DNA of 39,737 bases from positions 1 through 39,737 of IMG/VR virus record IMGVR_UViG_3300048574_000176; one strand, 5' to 3'. Shown one piece after another: positions 28,675 to 37,489 of this stretch (its first letter is position 1; the number at the start of each line of letters is the position of its first letter). Origin of the DNA: a virus. Lineage: Duplodnaviria > Caudoviricetes. The notes beneath the pieces were generated by a model, which saw only the letters and a list, made by a program, of their open reading frames with translations, was not told the origin of the DNA and searched no databases. A program made the position numbers and the translations under genes.

Positions 28675-29979
28675 GTGGAACGAGAAGTAACAAGAGTCGA
28701 CTTTCGTATTCCCGTGCAGCCGAAAGCGAGGCGCGTTGCGGCATACGCGCGGGTTTCCTCCGGCAAGGATGCCATGCTCCATTCGCTCTCGGCACAGGTC
28801 AACTACTACTCCGATCTTATTCAGCAACATCCTGGCTGGCTTTACTGCGGTGTGTATGCCGACGAAGCTCTGACAGGCACAAAGGACGACCGCGAGGGCT
28901 TTCAGCGTCTACTGACGGAGTGCCGCACCGGAAATGTAGATATGGTCATTACAAAGTCCATCTCCCGTTTCGCCCGCAACACGGTTACGCTGCTGGAAAC
29001 GGTGCGAGAGCTAAAAAGTCTGGGCGTGGACGTCTACTTTGAGGAACAGAACATCCACACCATGAGCGCCGAGGGCGAACTGATGATGACCATTCTGGCT
29101 TCCTACGCGCAGGAGGAAAGCCTGTCCGCCAGCGAAAACCAGAAGTGGCGCATACGGAAGGGCTTTGAACAGGGGGAGCTGATGCAGCTCCGCTTCCTGT
29201 TCGGCTACCGCATATCGCGGGATAAAATTGAGATAGACCCGGACAAAGCCGCTATTGTGCGCGAGGTTTTTCAGCGCGTTATCGACGGGGATACGTTCGG
29301 TTCTATTGCCAGAGATTTGACCGAGCGCGGAATCGACCGGGCGTTCGGCGGCGAGTGGACTTCTTCCCGCATACACGATATGGTTGCCAACGAGAAATAT
29401 ACGGGCAATTCGCTCCTTCAAAAATCCTACAAGAATAACCATCTGGAGAAACGGCAGATCCCGAACCGGGGCGCTCTGCCTATGTACTATGCCGAAGGTA
29501 CGCACGACGCCATCATCGACGCCGACACATTTCAGAAAGCACGTAAGGTCTTGGAGCGACTTGACGCGGTAGCATTTGAATACAAGCGTCCCGAACGGAG
29601 TGTGTTCACGGGCATGATACACTGCCCGCGCTGCGGAAAGAATTACAAGCGGGTTAACAACCACGGGCGATGGGGCTACAACTGCTCAACCTATCAGAGC
29701 AAAGGTAAGTTGTCCTGCTCCGGCAAGCGTATTCCCGAATCCGTGCTGATAGCGGAATCCGCCGCCGCTTTGGGGCTTCTCGCGTTTGACGAGGATGCCT
29801 TCAAAGAGAGAATTGAGCGCATTGATGTGCCGGAACCGAACCATCTGCTGTTTGTGTTCAAGGATGGACATACGGTCGAGCGTGTCTGGCGTCATCGCTC
29901 CAGAGCGGAGAGCTGGACGCCTGAGATGAAGGAAACGGCGCGGCAGCGGACTTTGAGACATAGGAGGGCAAGCAAATGA
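28675..29979 (+). CDS. Large serine recombinase 1
   Basis: AYARVSS, TKSISRFARN, AQEES, recombinase domain, CPRCG zinc ribbon. Confidence 0.94.
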   Translation: MEREVTRVDFRIPVQPKARRVAAYARVSSGKDAMLHSLSAQVNYYSDLIQQHPGWLYCGVYADEALTGTKDDREGFQRLLTECRTGNVDMVITKSISRFARNTVTLLETVRELKSLGVDVYFEEQNIHTMSAEGELMMTILASYAQEESLSASENQKWRIRKGFEQGELMQLRFLFGYRISRDKIEIDPDKAAIVREVFQRVIDGDTFGSIARDLTERGIDRAFGGEWTSSRIHDMVANEKYTGNSLLQKSYKNNHLEKRQIPNRGALPMYYAEGTHDAIIDADTFQKARKVLERLDAVAFEYKRPERSVFTGMIHCPRCGKNYKRVNNHGRWGYNCSTYQSKGKLSCSGKRIPESVLIAESAAALGLLAFDEDAFKERIERIDVPEPNHLLFVFKDGHTVERVWRHRSRAESWTPEMKETARQRTLRHRRASK

Positions 29980-31562
29980 CAAAAATAGCGAGGACGGTCA
30001 CGGTCATTCCGCCGACGGTTAATCCGATTACACATCTGCCAGGACTTTCGCTCAGAAAACGTCGCGTTGCAGGATATGCCCGCGTATCCACTGATAAGGA
30101 CGAACAGTTCACCAGCTATGAGGCGCAGATTGATTATTATACACAGTACATCAAGCGAAATCCAGAGTGGGAGTTCGTGACGGTATACACGGACGAAGGC
30201 CTTTCTGGGCTGAACGCAAAAAAACGCGAGGGCTTCAACCAGATGGTGGCTGATGCCCTCGCGGGTAAGATAGACCTCATCGTTACCAAGTCCGTCAGCC
30301 GGTTTGCCCGCAATACTGTGGATAGCCTTACGACCGTCCGAAAGCTGAAAGAAAAGGGTGTGGAGGTGTACTTCGAGAAGGAAAACATCTATACCCTCGA
30401 CAGCAAGGGAGAATTGCTCATAACCATTATGTCCTCGCTGGCGCAGGAAGAATCCCGCTCCATTTCAGAGAATGTCACATGGGGTCAACGAAAGCGGTTC
30501 TCCGATGGCAAAGTCAGCCTGCCGTACAGCCAGTTTCTTGGCTACGAGCGCGGGCAGGACGGCATCCCGAAAATCGTTGAGGCGGAGGCAGCTCTGGTAA
30601 GACGCATCTATGGGCTTTTCATGGGCGGCAAGACCGCCTGCGCAATAGCGAAGGAACTCACTTCAGAGGGTACTCCAACTCCGGCCGGCAAAGAAAAATG
30701 GTCGGTCAGCACTATTGAAAGCATCCTCACAAACGAGAAATATAGAGGGTCGGCAAAACTTCAAAAACGCTTTACTGTGGATTTTCTCACCAAAACCATG
30801 AAGGTGAACAAGGGTGAGGTTCCGCAATACTATGTGGAATTCAGCCACGACCCAATCATTCAGCCGGACGAGTGGGGCGCCGTTCAAAAGGAGTTTACAC
30901 GGCGCAAAGCCCTGGGGCGCAGCTACAGCGGGAACAGCATATTTGCTTCCCGCATAATCTGCGGCGACTGTGGTGGCTTCTACGGCTCCAAGGTCTGGAA
31001 TTCCACAAATAAATACCGCCGCACGATATGGCAGTGTAATGCCAAGTTCAAAGGTGAGCACAAATGCACGACGCCCCATTTGGACGAAGAAACCATCAAA
31101 GCCCGCTTTCTCGCTGCCTTTGGCACCCTGCTTGACGGTAAGAATGCCCTTCTGGAGAACTGTGAACTGGTCAGGGCCAAGTATACGGACTGCGCCACCA
31201 TTGATGCCGAAATTGCGAATCTGCTCCGCGAGATCGATGTGGTGACCGAACTGACGCGCAAGTGCGTCGAAGAGAATGCGGCCAGCGCCCAGAACCAGGA
31301 CGAGTACACCACCCGCTACAACGGCTATGTCGAGCGGTACAGTGTAGCAAAGGAAGGGGTTGAGGCACTGGAGCAGGAACGGACACTTCGACTGGCGCGG
31401 GCGGATGCCTTCGACGCCTTTATCCGCACGGTAAGGGATGTGGGCACTGTTCCCATAGAGTTTGACGACAGACTTTGGCTGAAGGTGATTGACACCGTCA
31501 TGGTAAAGAATGACGGGACGATGGCGTTTAGGTTTCAAAACGAAATGGAACTGAATGGTTAA
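29976..31562 (+). CDS. Large serine recombinase 2
   Basis: GYARVST, TKSVSRFARN, AQEESRSISEN, CGDCG zinc ribbon, coiled coil. Confidence 0.95.
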   Translation: MTKIARTVTVIPPTVNPITHLPGLSLRKRRVAGYARVSTDKDEQFTSYEAQIDYYTQYIKRNPEWEFVTVYTDEGLSGLNAKKREGFNQMVADALAGKIDLIVTKSVSRFARNTVDSLTTVRKLKEKGVEVYFEKENIYTLDSKGELLITIMSSLAQEESRSISENVTWGQRKRFSDGKVSLPYSQFLGYERGQDGIPKIVEAEAALVRRIYGLFMGGKTACAIAKELTSEGTPTPAGKEKWSVSTIESILTNEKYRGSAKLQKRFTVDFLTKTMKVNKGEVPQYYVEFSHDPIIQPDEWGAVQKEFTRRKALGRSYSGNSIFASRIICGDCGGFYGSKVWNSTNKYRRTIWQCNAKFKGEHKCTTPHLDEETIKARFLAAFGTLLDGKNALLENCELVRAKYTDCATIDAEIANLLREIDVVTELTRKCVEENAASAQNQDEYTTRYNGYVERYSVAKEGVEALEQERTLRLARADAFDAFIRTVRDVGTVPIEFDDRLWLKVIDTVMVKNDGTMAFRFQNEMELNG

Positions 31563-31575
31563 AAGGGGACACATT

Positions 31576-31613
31576 AAGGAGTACAGGCTTTTTTCAAAGC
31601 TTGTACCCTTTTT
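31576..31613. terminator. Hairpin between convergent genes
   Basis: gtacaggcttt-tttc-aaagcttgtac plus T-tract. Confidence 0.6.
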
Positions 31614-31647
31614 GCACTTTCTAACCTCAAGAACCATTTATCTGACT

Positions 31648-33288
31648 TTACCACCCGTATTTGTGCTCCAACTTTTTATTCTCTGGGTCTGCGCTATGCT
31701 TTCGTTTTCCAAAAAATTCATCTTCACGCGCTATGGAAGGATCAAACCAGTCAGCTTTTAACTTTGCCCACGTAATCCATTCAATTTGTTCCGTTGTTAA
31801 CCCTTCCCCGGCATTCGTGTGGTCTTCAAATGACTGTACATAAGCCCTGATCTTTCGAGCAATGTCATAATCTTCAGCAGTATTAACCAGCACCCGCACT
31901 CTATCTACCTCATCATTGTACCGTGCTCTAATTCGTTCCTTACGTTTATACTCTTCCTGTTCTTTGCGTTGTTTTTCTTCCTCCTCAAGTCTTTTTAACC
32001 TGACAGGATATGAAGCCTCATAAAAGGCAATCAAGATCTCACCGATGCGGTCCTCCAGTTTATAAGCTTTGCAATCTCGATATTTGTAATTGCCGACAGT
32101 TAGGCATAAATTTCCGCTCCATGGGTGGTCGTATTTGGGAACCTTGGGCTTACTGGCATATTGGCTTTTTCTTTTCGCTTCCTCATATTTTAGAAGTTCC
32201 ATTTTTTCTTGCTTTGTGATTTCATGAGGAATTTCAAGCGTTGATTCCGTTATCTGAAAATCCACTGTCTCGTTATTTATTCTGAATCTATAGTTATGTT
32301 GGTAGTCAGATAACAAGACTCCGTTATATGGGAGAACCGCCTTCAAAATTGCGTCAATTATATGAAATGCTCGAGGATAACTAGCCTTCGAAATCTCTGC
32401 AGCCATAGTCGGAGGTTCTATCTTTGAGCCATAACGCATATCGATACCCTTCGAGTAAAGATCATACCATTCTTCACATGCAGCCTTATATGCTATAACA
32501 TTCTTATGGAGCTTGCTTCCTGGACCGGCGACCCGCAGCTTTTCTGCCACCGCAATAATGGTTTTTCTTCCGTCTTCCTTCATAAACTCTAGTGAGTTTT
32601 CCAGAATCTGAAGTTTTCTTGAACTGCCTGTCTTCGGCTTATTCTCATCCGCAACTTTCTTGATTTTTGGCAGTGGTGCCTTTTCAACGGGCTTACCTGC
32701 CCTGACTTTTGCCCAATAACCGCGATCCGGAAGAGGAACATCCATTCTCTTACACATGCTCCGAATGGACCAGTCTGTAGTTCCGTACTTTTTAGCTACG
32801 ATTGAAGGCGGATTTTCCCATACTTCTGCATACAATATATCTCTATTATTTATCCCGGTTGCGGAAGGAGACTTGATATATACTTCAAGCGGTACCTTAT
32901 CATCTTCTGGGAAAGAAGTATCTGATATTTCAGTATTTGCTTCTTCTACCTTTGGCACCTTGGGTTCCTCCGGTTGTTTTACTGCCGGAGGCGCTTCATT
33001 TATTTTTTCTTGCGTCTGCGTTTTCCTACGTTTTTCTGGTTCGCCTGTAATGAATGTTACATCTGATATTTCAGATTCTGGCAGAGGTGTCCTTTCGGCA
33101 GGCCTTCCCATTTCAACTTTTGTCCAGTATCCAGATGGAGGAATAGGAATTGCGTTTTCGCGACAGGTGGAAAGGAAATTGCCATAATTGATATCATATT
33201 TCCGCGCGATTTTTGCAGCTGACTCAGTCCAGATTTCTTCATAAATGGATTTCCTATCAAGAACCAATTCTCCCACTTCAGGGTTCAC
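31648..33288 (-). CDS. Hypothetical protein with two HTH-like repeats and a C-terminal coiled coil; start may be GTG at 33276
   Basis: Two R..(I/L)Y.E.W....A.KY.....C....P.P..GYW.K...G.P units; ggagg RBS. Confidence 0.8.
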   Translation of the reverse strand: MNPEVGELVLDRKSIYEEIWTESAAKIARKYDINYGNFLSTCRENAIPIPPSGYWTKVEMGRPAERTPLPESEISDVTFITGEPEKRRKTQTQEKINEAPPAVKQPEEPKVPKVEEANTEISDTSFPEDDKVPLEVYIKSPSATGINNRDILYAEVWENPPSIVAKKYGTTDWSIRSMCKRMDVPLPDRGYWAKVRAGKPVEKAPLPKIKKVADENKPKTGSSRKLQILENSLEFMKEDGRKTIIAVAEKLRVAGPGSKLHKNVIAYKAACEEWYDLYSKGIDMRYGSKIEPPTMAAEISKASYPRAFHIIDAILKAVLPYNGVLLSDYQHNYRFRINNETVDFQITESTLEIPHEITKQEKMELLKYEEAKRKSQYASKPKVPKYDHPWSGNLCLTVGNYKYRDCKAYKLEDRIGEILIAFYEASYPVRLKRLEEEEKQRKEQEEYKRKERIRARYNDEVDRVRVLVNTAEDYDIARKIRAYVQSFEDHTNAGEGLTTEQIEWITWAKLKADWFDPSIAREDEFFGKRKHSADPENKKLEHKYGW

Positions 33289-33350
33289 CTCCTCTTCGTG
33301 AGCATTTTGCTTGTTTTCATCGAACAGTGAATTGAATAGCGTTATCCCTC

Positions 33351-33683
33351 CTATCCTTCGTTTTCTTTTAATAGAAAAAGCAGGTCCTGCTTCATTTCCT
33401 CAAAATTCTTGATAATAGTGCTGAGATTATCCTCTATGTTTTTAACCTGGACTTCATTGATCTTGCCGTGCTTATACGCGATAAGCCTCTCCGGAACAAT
33501 GACATATGTCCAGCTGTCAGAATATCTGTTTCCATCTTCCTTCTTGGCAGCAAAGCCTATCGGAAGAAGCGCGTTTCTCATTCCTAAGGTAACGGAGTTT
33601 GCAGATATTCCAAGATATTTTGCCGCAGTTTGGATTGTAACCTTACTCATATTCAGAATATCGTCATCTGTTAGCTTGTCCAT
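33351..33683 (-). CDS. Small HTH protein, excisionase-like
   Basis: VTIQTAAKYLGIS..V..G.R...LPIGFA..WTY.I.P; ggaggtgg RBS. Confidence 0.7.
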   Translation of the reverse strand: MDKLTDDDILNMSKVTIQTAAKYLGISANSVTLGMRNALLPIGFAAKKEDGNRYSDSWTYVIVPERLIAYKHGKINEVQVKNIEDNLSTIIKNFEEMKQDLLFLLKENEG

Positions 33684-33723
33684 GCATCCACCTCCTTCCC
33701 ATTATCATTATATTACAAAATCA

Positions 33724-33870
33724 AAGGACCTTTTTGCAAAGAAAATCGAGCTGGGTACGGTTAAGAATTTCGACTATGCCTTCTCGCTTGCTGTGCTGAA
33801 GAAGATAGAAGTCACCCCACAAGGCAAGCTAACATTCTGCTTGCTCTGCGGGGTGAGATTGACGATGTAA
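33724..33870 (+). pseudogene. C-terminal remnant of a serine recombinase
   Basis: VKNFDYAFSLAVLKKIEVTPQGKLTFCLLCG resembles the recombinase 2 end PIEFDDRLWLKVIDTVMVKNDGTMAFRFQN. Confidence 0.5.
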
Positions 33871-33913
33871 TTACGAAAAACACCATTTTAGGACAAAAAC
33901 TACATTTATAACA

Positions 33914-33942
33914 TTGTATAGTTAAAACTTTTATTATATAAT
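33914..33942 (+). promoter_or_regulatory. Sigma-A promoter
   Basis: TTGTAT-17 bp-TATAAT. Confidence 0.75.
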
Positions 33943-34014
33943 ATTAAGGACGTTGGGCAACATAGGCTACCATTAATATTCTTGGAGCGAAAGCTTCAGA
34001 AAGGAGGTAGCGCT

Positions 34015-34182
34015 ATGAGCTTTGTAGTCACTATTGACTGGAAGTTCGTTGTTGCCCTTGGCGTAGCCACCGTAGGCATCATCTTCGCATCGAAGATGGA
34101 TCCGAAAGCGGCCAAGGAAGTATCAATCCACGCGGTTGATGCTGTCAAAGAGTATGCAGTTGTTAGCAATAGCAACTGCTGA
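34015..34182 (+). CDS. Small hydrophobic peptide (55 aa)
   Basis: aggaggt RBS; one hydrophobic segment FVVALGVATVGIIFA. Confidence 0.6.
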   Translation: MSFVVTIDWKFVVALGVATVGIIFASKMDPKAAKEVSIHAVDAVKEYAVVSNSNC

Positions 34183-34199
34183 CCCCTTTGCCAAACGTC

Positions 34200-34232
34200 A
34201 GGGCACGTAATCTTCGGATTATGTGTCTTTTT
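34200..34232 (+). terminator. Intrinsic terminator with cUUCGg loop
   Basis: ggcacgtaatc-TTCG-gattatgtgtc plus T-tract. Confidence 0.8.
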
Positions 34233-34260
34233 ATTATAGAAAAAATGTGTGGAGGGGCAT

Positions 34261-35691
34261 ATGGTGATTCCGAAAGTTGCAATCTGCCCAATATGCGGTA
34301 AAAAAACATATTTACGTATTGAGGATGGCGGGTACTTAAATGAATATCCAATTCGCGTACACTGTGCTAATTGTCGGGCATTAATAAAAGGCGTTTACAT
34401 TATGGGTTCATCGTCCGGTGAAAACGGCCTCCATATGTATAACGCAAAAACAGAAGAATGCGATGTCGACACCGTTTCCAATAAAATCCTAAATGCTGAC
34501 TATGTGGTTGATATTTCAGGTGAATTGCCTTGTAAAAAAGTGCGGGAGTTTGACGGTAATCTTATTGCCAGTTCTCCGTTTTTGGAAGCGACAGATCAAG
34601 TTGATATGCTGGAACGCATCGAACGTCTGAAGTATTTCGTGAAGAATATGGAAGAGTGGAAAGCATGGCGTAGCATTGCTTTTCAACTTCTTGATGATGG
34701 TAGCGTTGGTTTTATCTCTACTGCTTTACGAAACAAAATGGGCGATTATTCATATCAGTGTGATAATTACCTCAAATCACTCCATTGTTTACAGGAAGTC
34801 GTTCAGGAAGAAACGAAAAACCTGTTTTACGAGCCAAATCAAGACGATTGCATTTCCGGTTTGCTCGGAGTCCTTTCAAAAATCGATAGAGAGCAACTAC
34901 ATTTATTTGTTGAGCAAATGGGTGGAGTGCAAGATGTGATTGCTTCATACAGAAGGATTATTGACGTTTTCTCCGCATTCATGGACATTTACCCGAATAT
35001 TCTTCCGGCTGAGACATATATTCGTTTCAACAATAAGGACAAGGCAGATGTTGGAATTGCGACATGTTCATTCGGAGATATCAAGACGTTTTACCAAGAC
35101 GCATATGAAACTCTTTTGTCTTTTATGTTTATACCGGTTTGCCTCGATAATATTACTCTGCGGAATGATTTTCAGGTTTTTAATTCCACCTTCGATAAGC
35201 TATTTGGAGATTCGAAGTACTCGAAATTGCCAAACGATTATAGCCGATACATAGCCTTAGACAACGGAATGAAGCTGGAAAAAGTTCAACTATCCGAGCC
35301 GTTACAACAACTGCTGAATATTGCAGCCAATCGTTTCCTCCGCAACGGCATCGGGCATAATAATATCAAATACGATGGTCTGTCGCAAACAATAACCGCA
35401 TTTGACCTAAAAAATCCGAGTAAAGCAAAACTTACCAGAAGCCTGATGGATATGGCTACTGACTGTATTGGATTATCGAAAGCGGCTGTACTAATGGCAG
35501 AGATTTTGCTGTTCATCATTCGACAGGAAGTTCGGTCGGAGAATATCCAAAGCATAATTCACCCTCGGTTCTATAAGAAGGTAGAGCCGAATGATAAGTG
35601 CCCATGCGGAAGCAACATTAAATTTAAAAAGTGTTGTAAAGCCGAAATTGAAAGTATTCTGTACCAAGCCATGAAGACTACCAGAGCATAA
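34261..35691 (+). CDS. Zn-ribbon / HEPN-like / SEC-C motif protein
   Basis: CPICG..CANC; RNGIGH (R-x4-H) at 35341; PNDKCPCGSNIKFKKCC; ATG after ggagg. Confidence 0.8.
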   Translation: MVIPKVAICPICGKKTYLRIEDGGYLNEYPIRVHCANCRALIKGVYIMGSSSGENGLHMYNAKTEECDVDTVSNKILNADYVVDISGELPCKKVREFDGNLIASSPFLEATDQVDMLERIERLKYFVKNMEEWKAWRSIAFQLLDDGSVGFISTALRNKMGDYSYQCDNYLKSLHCLQEVVQEETKNLFYEPNQDDCISGLLGVLSKIDREQLHLFVEQMGGVQDVIASYRRIIDVFSAFMDIYPNILPAETYIRFNNKDKADVGIATCSFGDIKTFYQDAYETLLSFMFIPVCLDNITLRNDFQVFNSTFDKLFGDSKYSKLPNDYSRYIALDNGMKLEKVQLSEPLQQLLNIAANRFLRNGIGHNNIKYDGLSQTITAFDLKNPSKAKLTRSLMDMATDCIGLSKAAVLMAEILLFIIRQEVRSENIQSIIHPRFYKKVEPNDKCPCGSNIKFKKCCKAEIESILYQAMKTTRA

Positions 35692-35699
35692 ACACCGTA

Positions 35700-35727
35700 A
35701 GAAGCATCACAGAAATGTGGTGCTTCT
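35700..35727 (+). terminator. Hairpin after the SEC-C gene
   Basis: agaagcatcaca-GAAA-tgtggtgcttct. Confidence 0.6.
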
Positions 35728-35981
35728 CTCATCCCCTCATAGTTGCACCTATGCAACAAATCTCGCCCTGTTTTAGAGAGTCACACTTTCGGTATTCCCG
35801 CCTCAGCAGGAAATGTGCCTCAAGGATATGGGCGGGATTTCTGCTGTCATTGTGAATCCGATCACTCTGGCAGATAAAGCGAAATTCCCCAAAAATACGG
35901 CGCTTTCTGGGCATTTGCACCCACCTTAGAGATTTCAAAAAGGAATAATTAAATTGTATCAATGCCTTGTTGCGGACACAT

Positions 35982-36062
35982 GAGGAGTCGCGATCCACTT
36001 CCGAGAACGTTACGTGGGGCCAGCGTAAACGGCTCTACAATGTCAAGGTCAGTCTGCTATAT
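35982..36062 (+). pseudogene. Internal fragment of a serine recombinase
   Basis: EESRSTSENVTWGQRKRLYNVKVSL versus recombinase 2 EESRSISENVTWGQRKRFSDGKVSL. Confidence 0.85.
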
Positions 36063-36160
36063 ATGCACCTCCCCTTCCAGGAAATGCACCCCCGCATACT
36101 CAATTTGCACCCCCTTATGGTTTTCTATCAAAATATGAGTCCTTTGCCAGTAAAAACCAC

Positions 36161-36204
36161 AATCGCTTGAAGCTTAACTGCCAGTTAGGTTTTAAGCGAT
36201 TTTT
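36161..36204. repeat. 19-bp imperfect inverted repeat, terminator-like
   Basis: aatcgcttgaagcttaact-gcc-agttaggttttaagcgatt. Confidence 0.6.
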
Positions 36205-36556
36205 CTTTGTAAAAATGTACTAATTTTAACCGAAGGCTGTTTATGCCACAATTAATTTATTGGTTAAGGATATCTAAAATAATAGATTTTATATTTACGA
36301 ATTAGTTATGTGCTGTTGGGCTGAAGGTTGTTTATCACCAATATTAATCCTTATGGTAAAAGGTTGGTATGACCTGTAAAGAATTACTTTGTGGGAACGA
36401 ATTAATTGTATTAAAGACCATTAGGTAGATAAGAATTCTTAATAGAAGTTGTGGCGTAATTTTATCTGGCAATATACGTGGAGAAGTATGATGGAAAAGG
36501 GAAAAGTTTTAAAAATGCCAAAATACCTATTGGAACATAAAAACAATAGAGGGGAT

Positions 36557-36751
36557 ATGTCTGTAAATTGTGAAATAACTTATCGATGGTTACGATTTAC
36601 TGATTCATATTCTGATACCAAGGATGGAAAAGTAGCTTTTATTGATGTTATGACAACGAATATTGATGGGGTAGATAAAAAAATTTGCGGGTTAGCAGTA
36701 TCTATTAATGAGCTATTAAAAGTAATAAACAGGATACATAGAAATGAATAA
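36557..36751 (+). CDS. Hypothetical protein (64 aa), AT-rich
   Basis: ATG after gagggg; no recognisable motif. Confidence 0.5.
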   Translation: MSVNCEITYRWLRFTDSYSDTKDGKVAFIDVMTTNIDGVDKKICGLAVSINELLKVINRIHRNE

Positions 36752-36994
36752 AATATCATATATCAAAATTTTTATCTCCACACTGAACGCACGTTAAGTG
36801 TTGTAAACTGCTGACTTTACAGAAATAAGAGACGCTTGAAAGGCTTGATATAAGACCTTTTTTCAGTTGGTGTTATTTTAATTTATGGTAACACTGAGTT
36901 TTTCTCATTACTGTTCTCAATTTCACATCGCTAAACGTATTATTACCCCTCAAACGAGGATTTGGCGGTGTGGATAAATCATTTTTAGGCAAGT

Positions 36995-37489
36995 GTGATA
37001 GTTCATGGAGCAATGGTATATGTCGCTATGTCTGCCCAGGAGTGGGGTAACATGATGCACGTGATGCGGGAAACAGGCTTCCATTGGTCCAGTACGATTA
37101 TTTGGAATAAGAACAAGCTGGTACTGTCACGTAAGGATTACCATACCAAGTATGAACCGATTTGGTATGGATGGCAGGGTGATGGGGCGAGGTTGTATCC
37201 GCTAACCGACAGGCAGCAAAGCGATGTCTGGGATATCGACAGGCCCAACAACTCCCCGGAACATCCGACTATGAAACCGGTTGAACTAATAGGGCGCTCT
37301 ATACAAAACAGCAGCAACCAGGGGGATATAGTCATCGACTTTTTCGGTGGGAGTGGGACAACCTTGATTGCCTGTGAACAATTAAACCGTACATGTTACA
37401 TGATGGAGCTTGATCCGAAATATGCAGATGTCATCATCGATCGCTGGGAGAAGTATTCAGGGGAGAAGGCGGTGAGGGTAAATGTCTAA
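36995..37489 (+). pseudogene. 5'-truncated phage DNA methyltransferase
   Basis: HPTMKP, DFFGGSGTT and MELDPKY present; DPPY and ParB domain absent; paralogous to 4458-5690. Confidence 0.85.

Larger units (their letters stand above)
1..31562 (+). mobile_element. Siphovirus-type prophage, replication end to integration module; left part outside the window, right boundary uncertain
   Basis: Co-oriented primase-helicase-terminase-portal-protease-capsid-tail-lysis-recombinase gene order. Confidence 0.95.
33949..34232 (+). ncRNA. Putative highly structured RNA (may also be the mRNA of the small ORF)
   Basis: 5'/3' pairing gacgttgggcaa with ttgccaaacgtc; several internal stems with GAAA/GCAA loops; bounded by promoter and terminator. 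Confidence 0.5.

Noticed and set aside
30663-31637. 324-aa minus-strand ORF
   Set aside because: Antisense to recombinase 2; no recognisable features
33949-34199. Retron msr-msd, suggested by the terminal inverted repeat
   Set aside because: No reverse transcriptase motifs in any ORF of the window
35910-36120. CRISPR array
   Set aside because: Repeats are short, degenerate and irregularly spaced; no cas genes
35967-36170. 67-aa ORF as a real gene
   Set aside because: Chimera of a recombinase fragment and repeat DNA; no RBS
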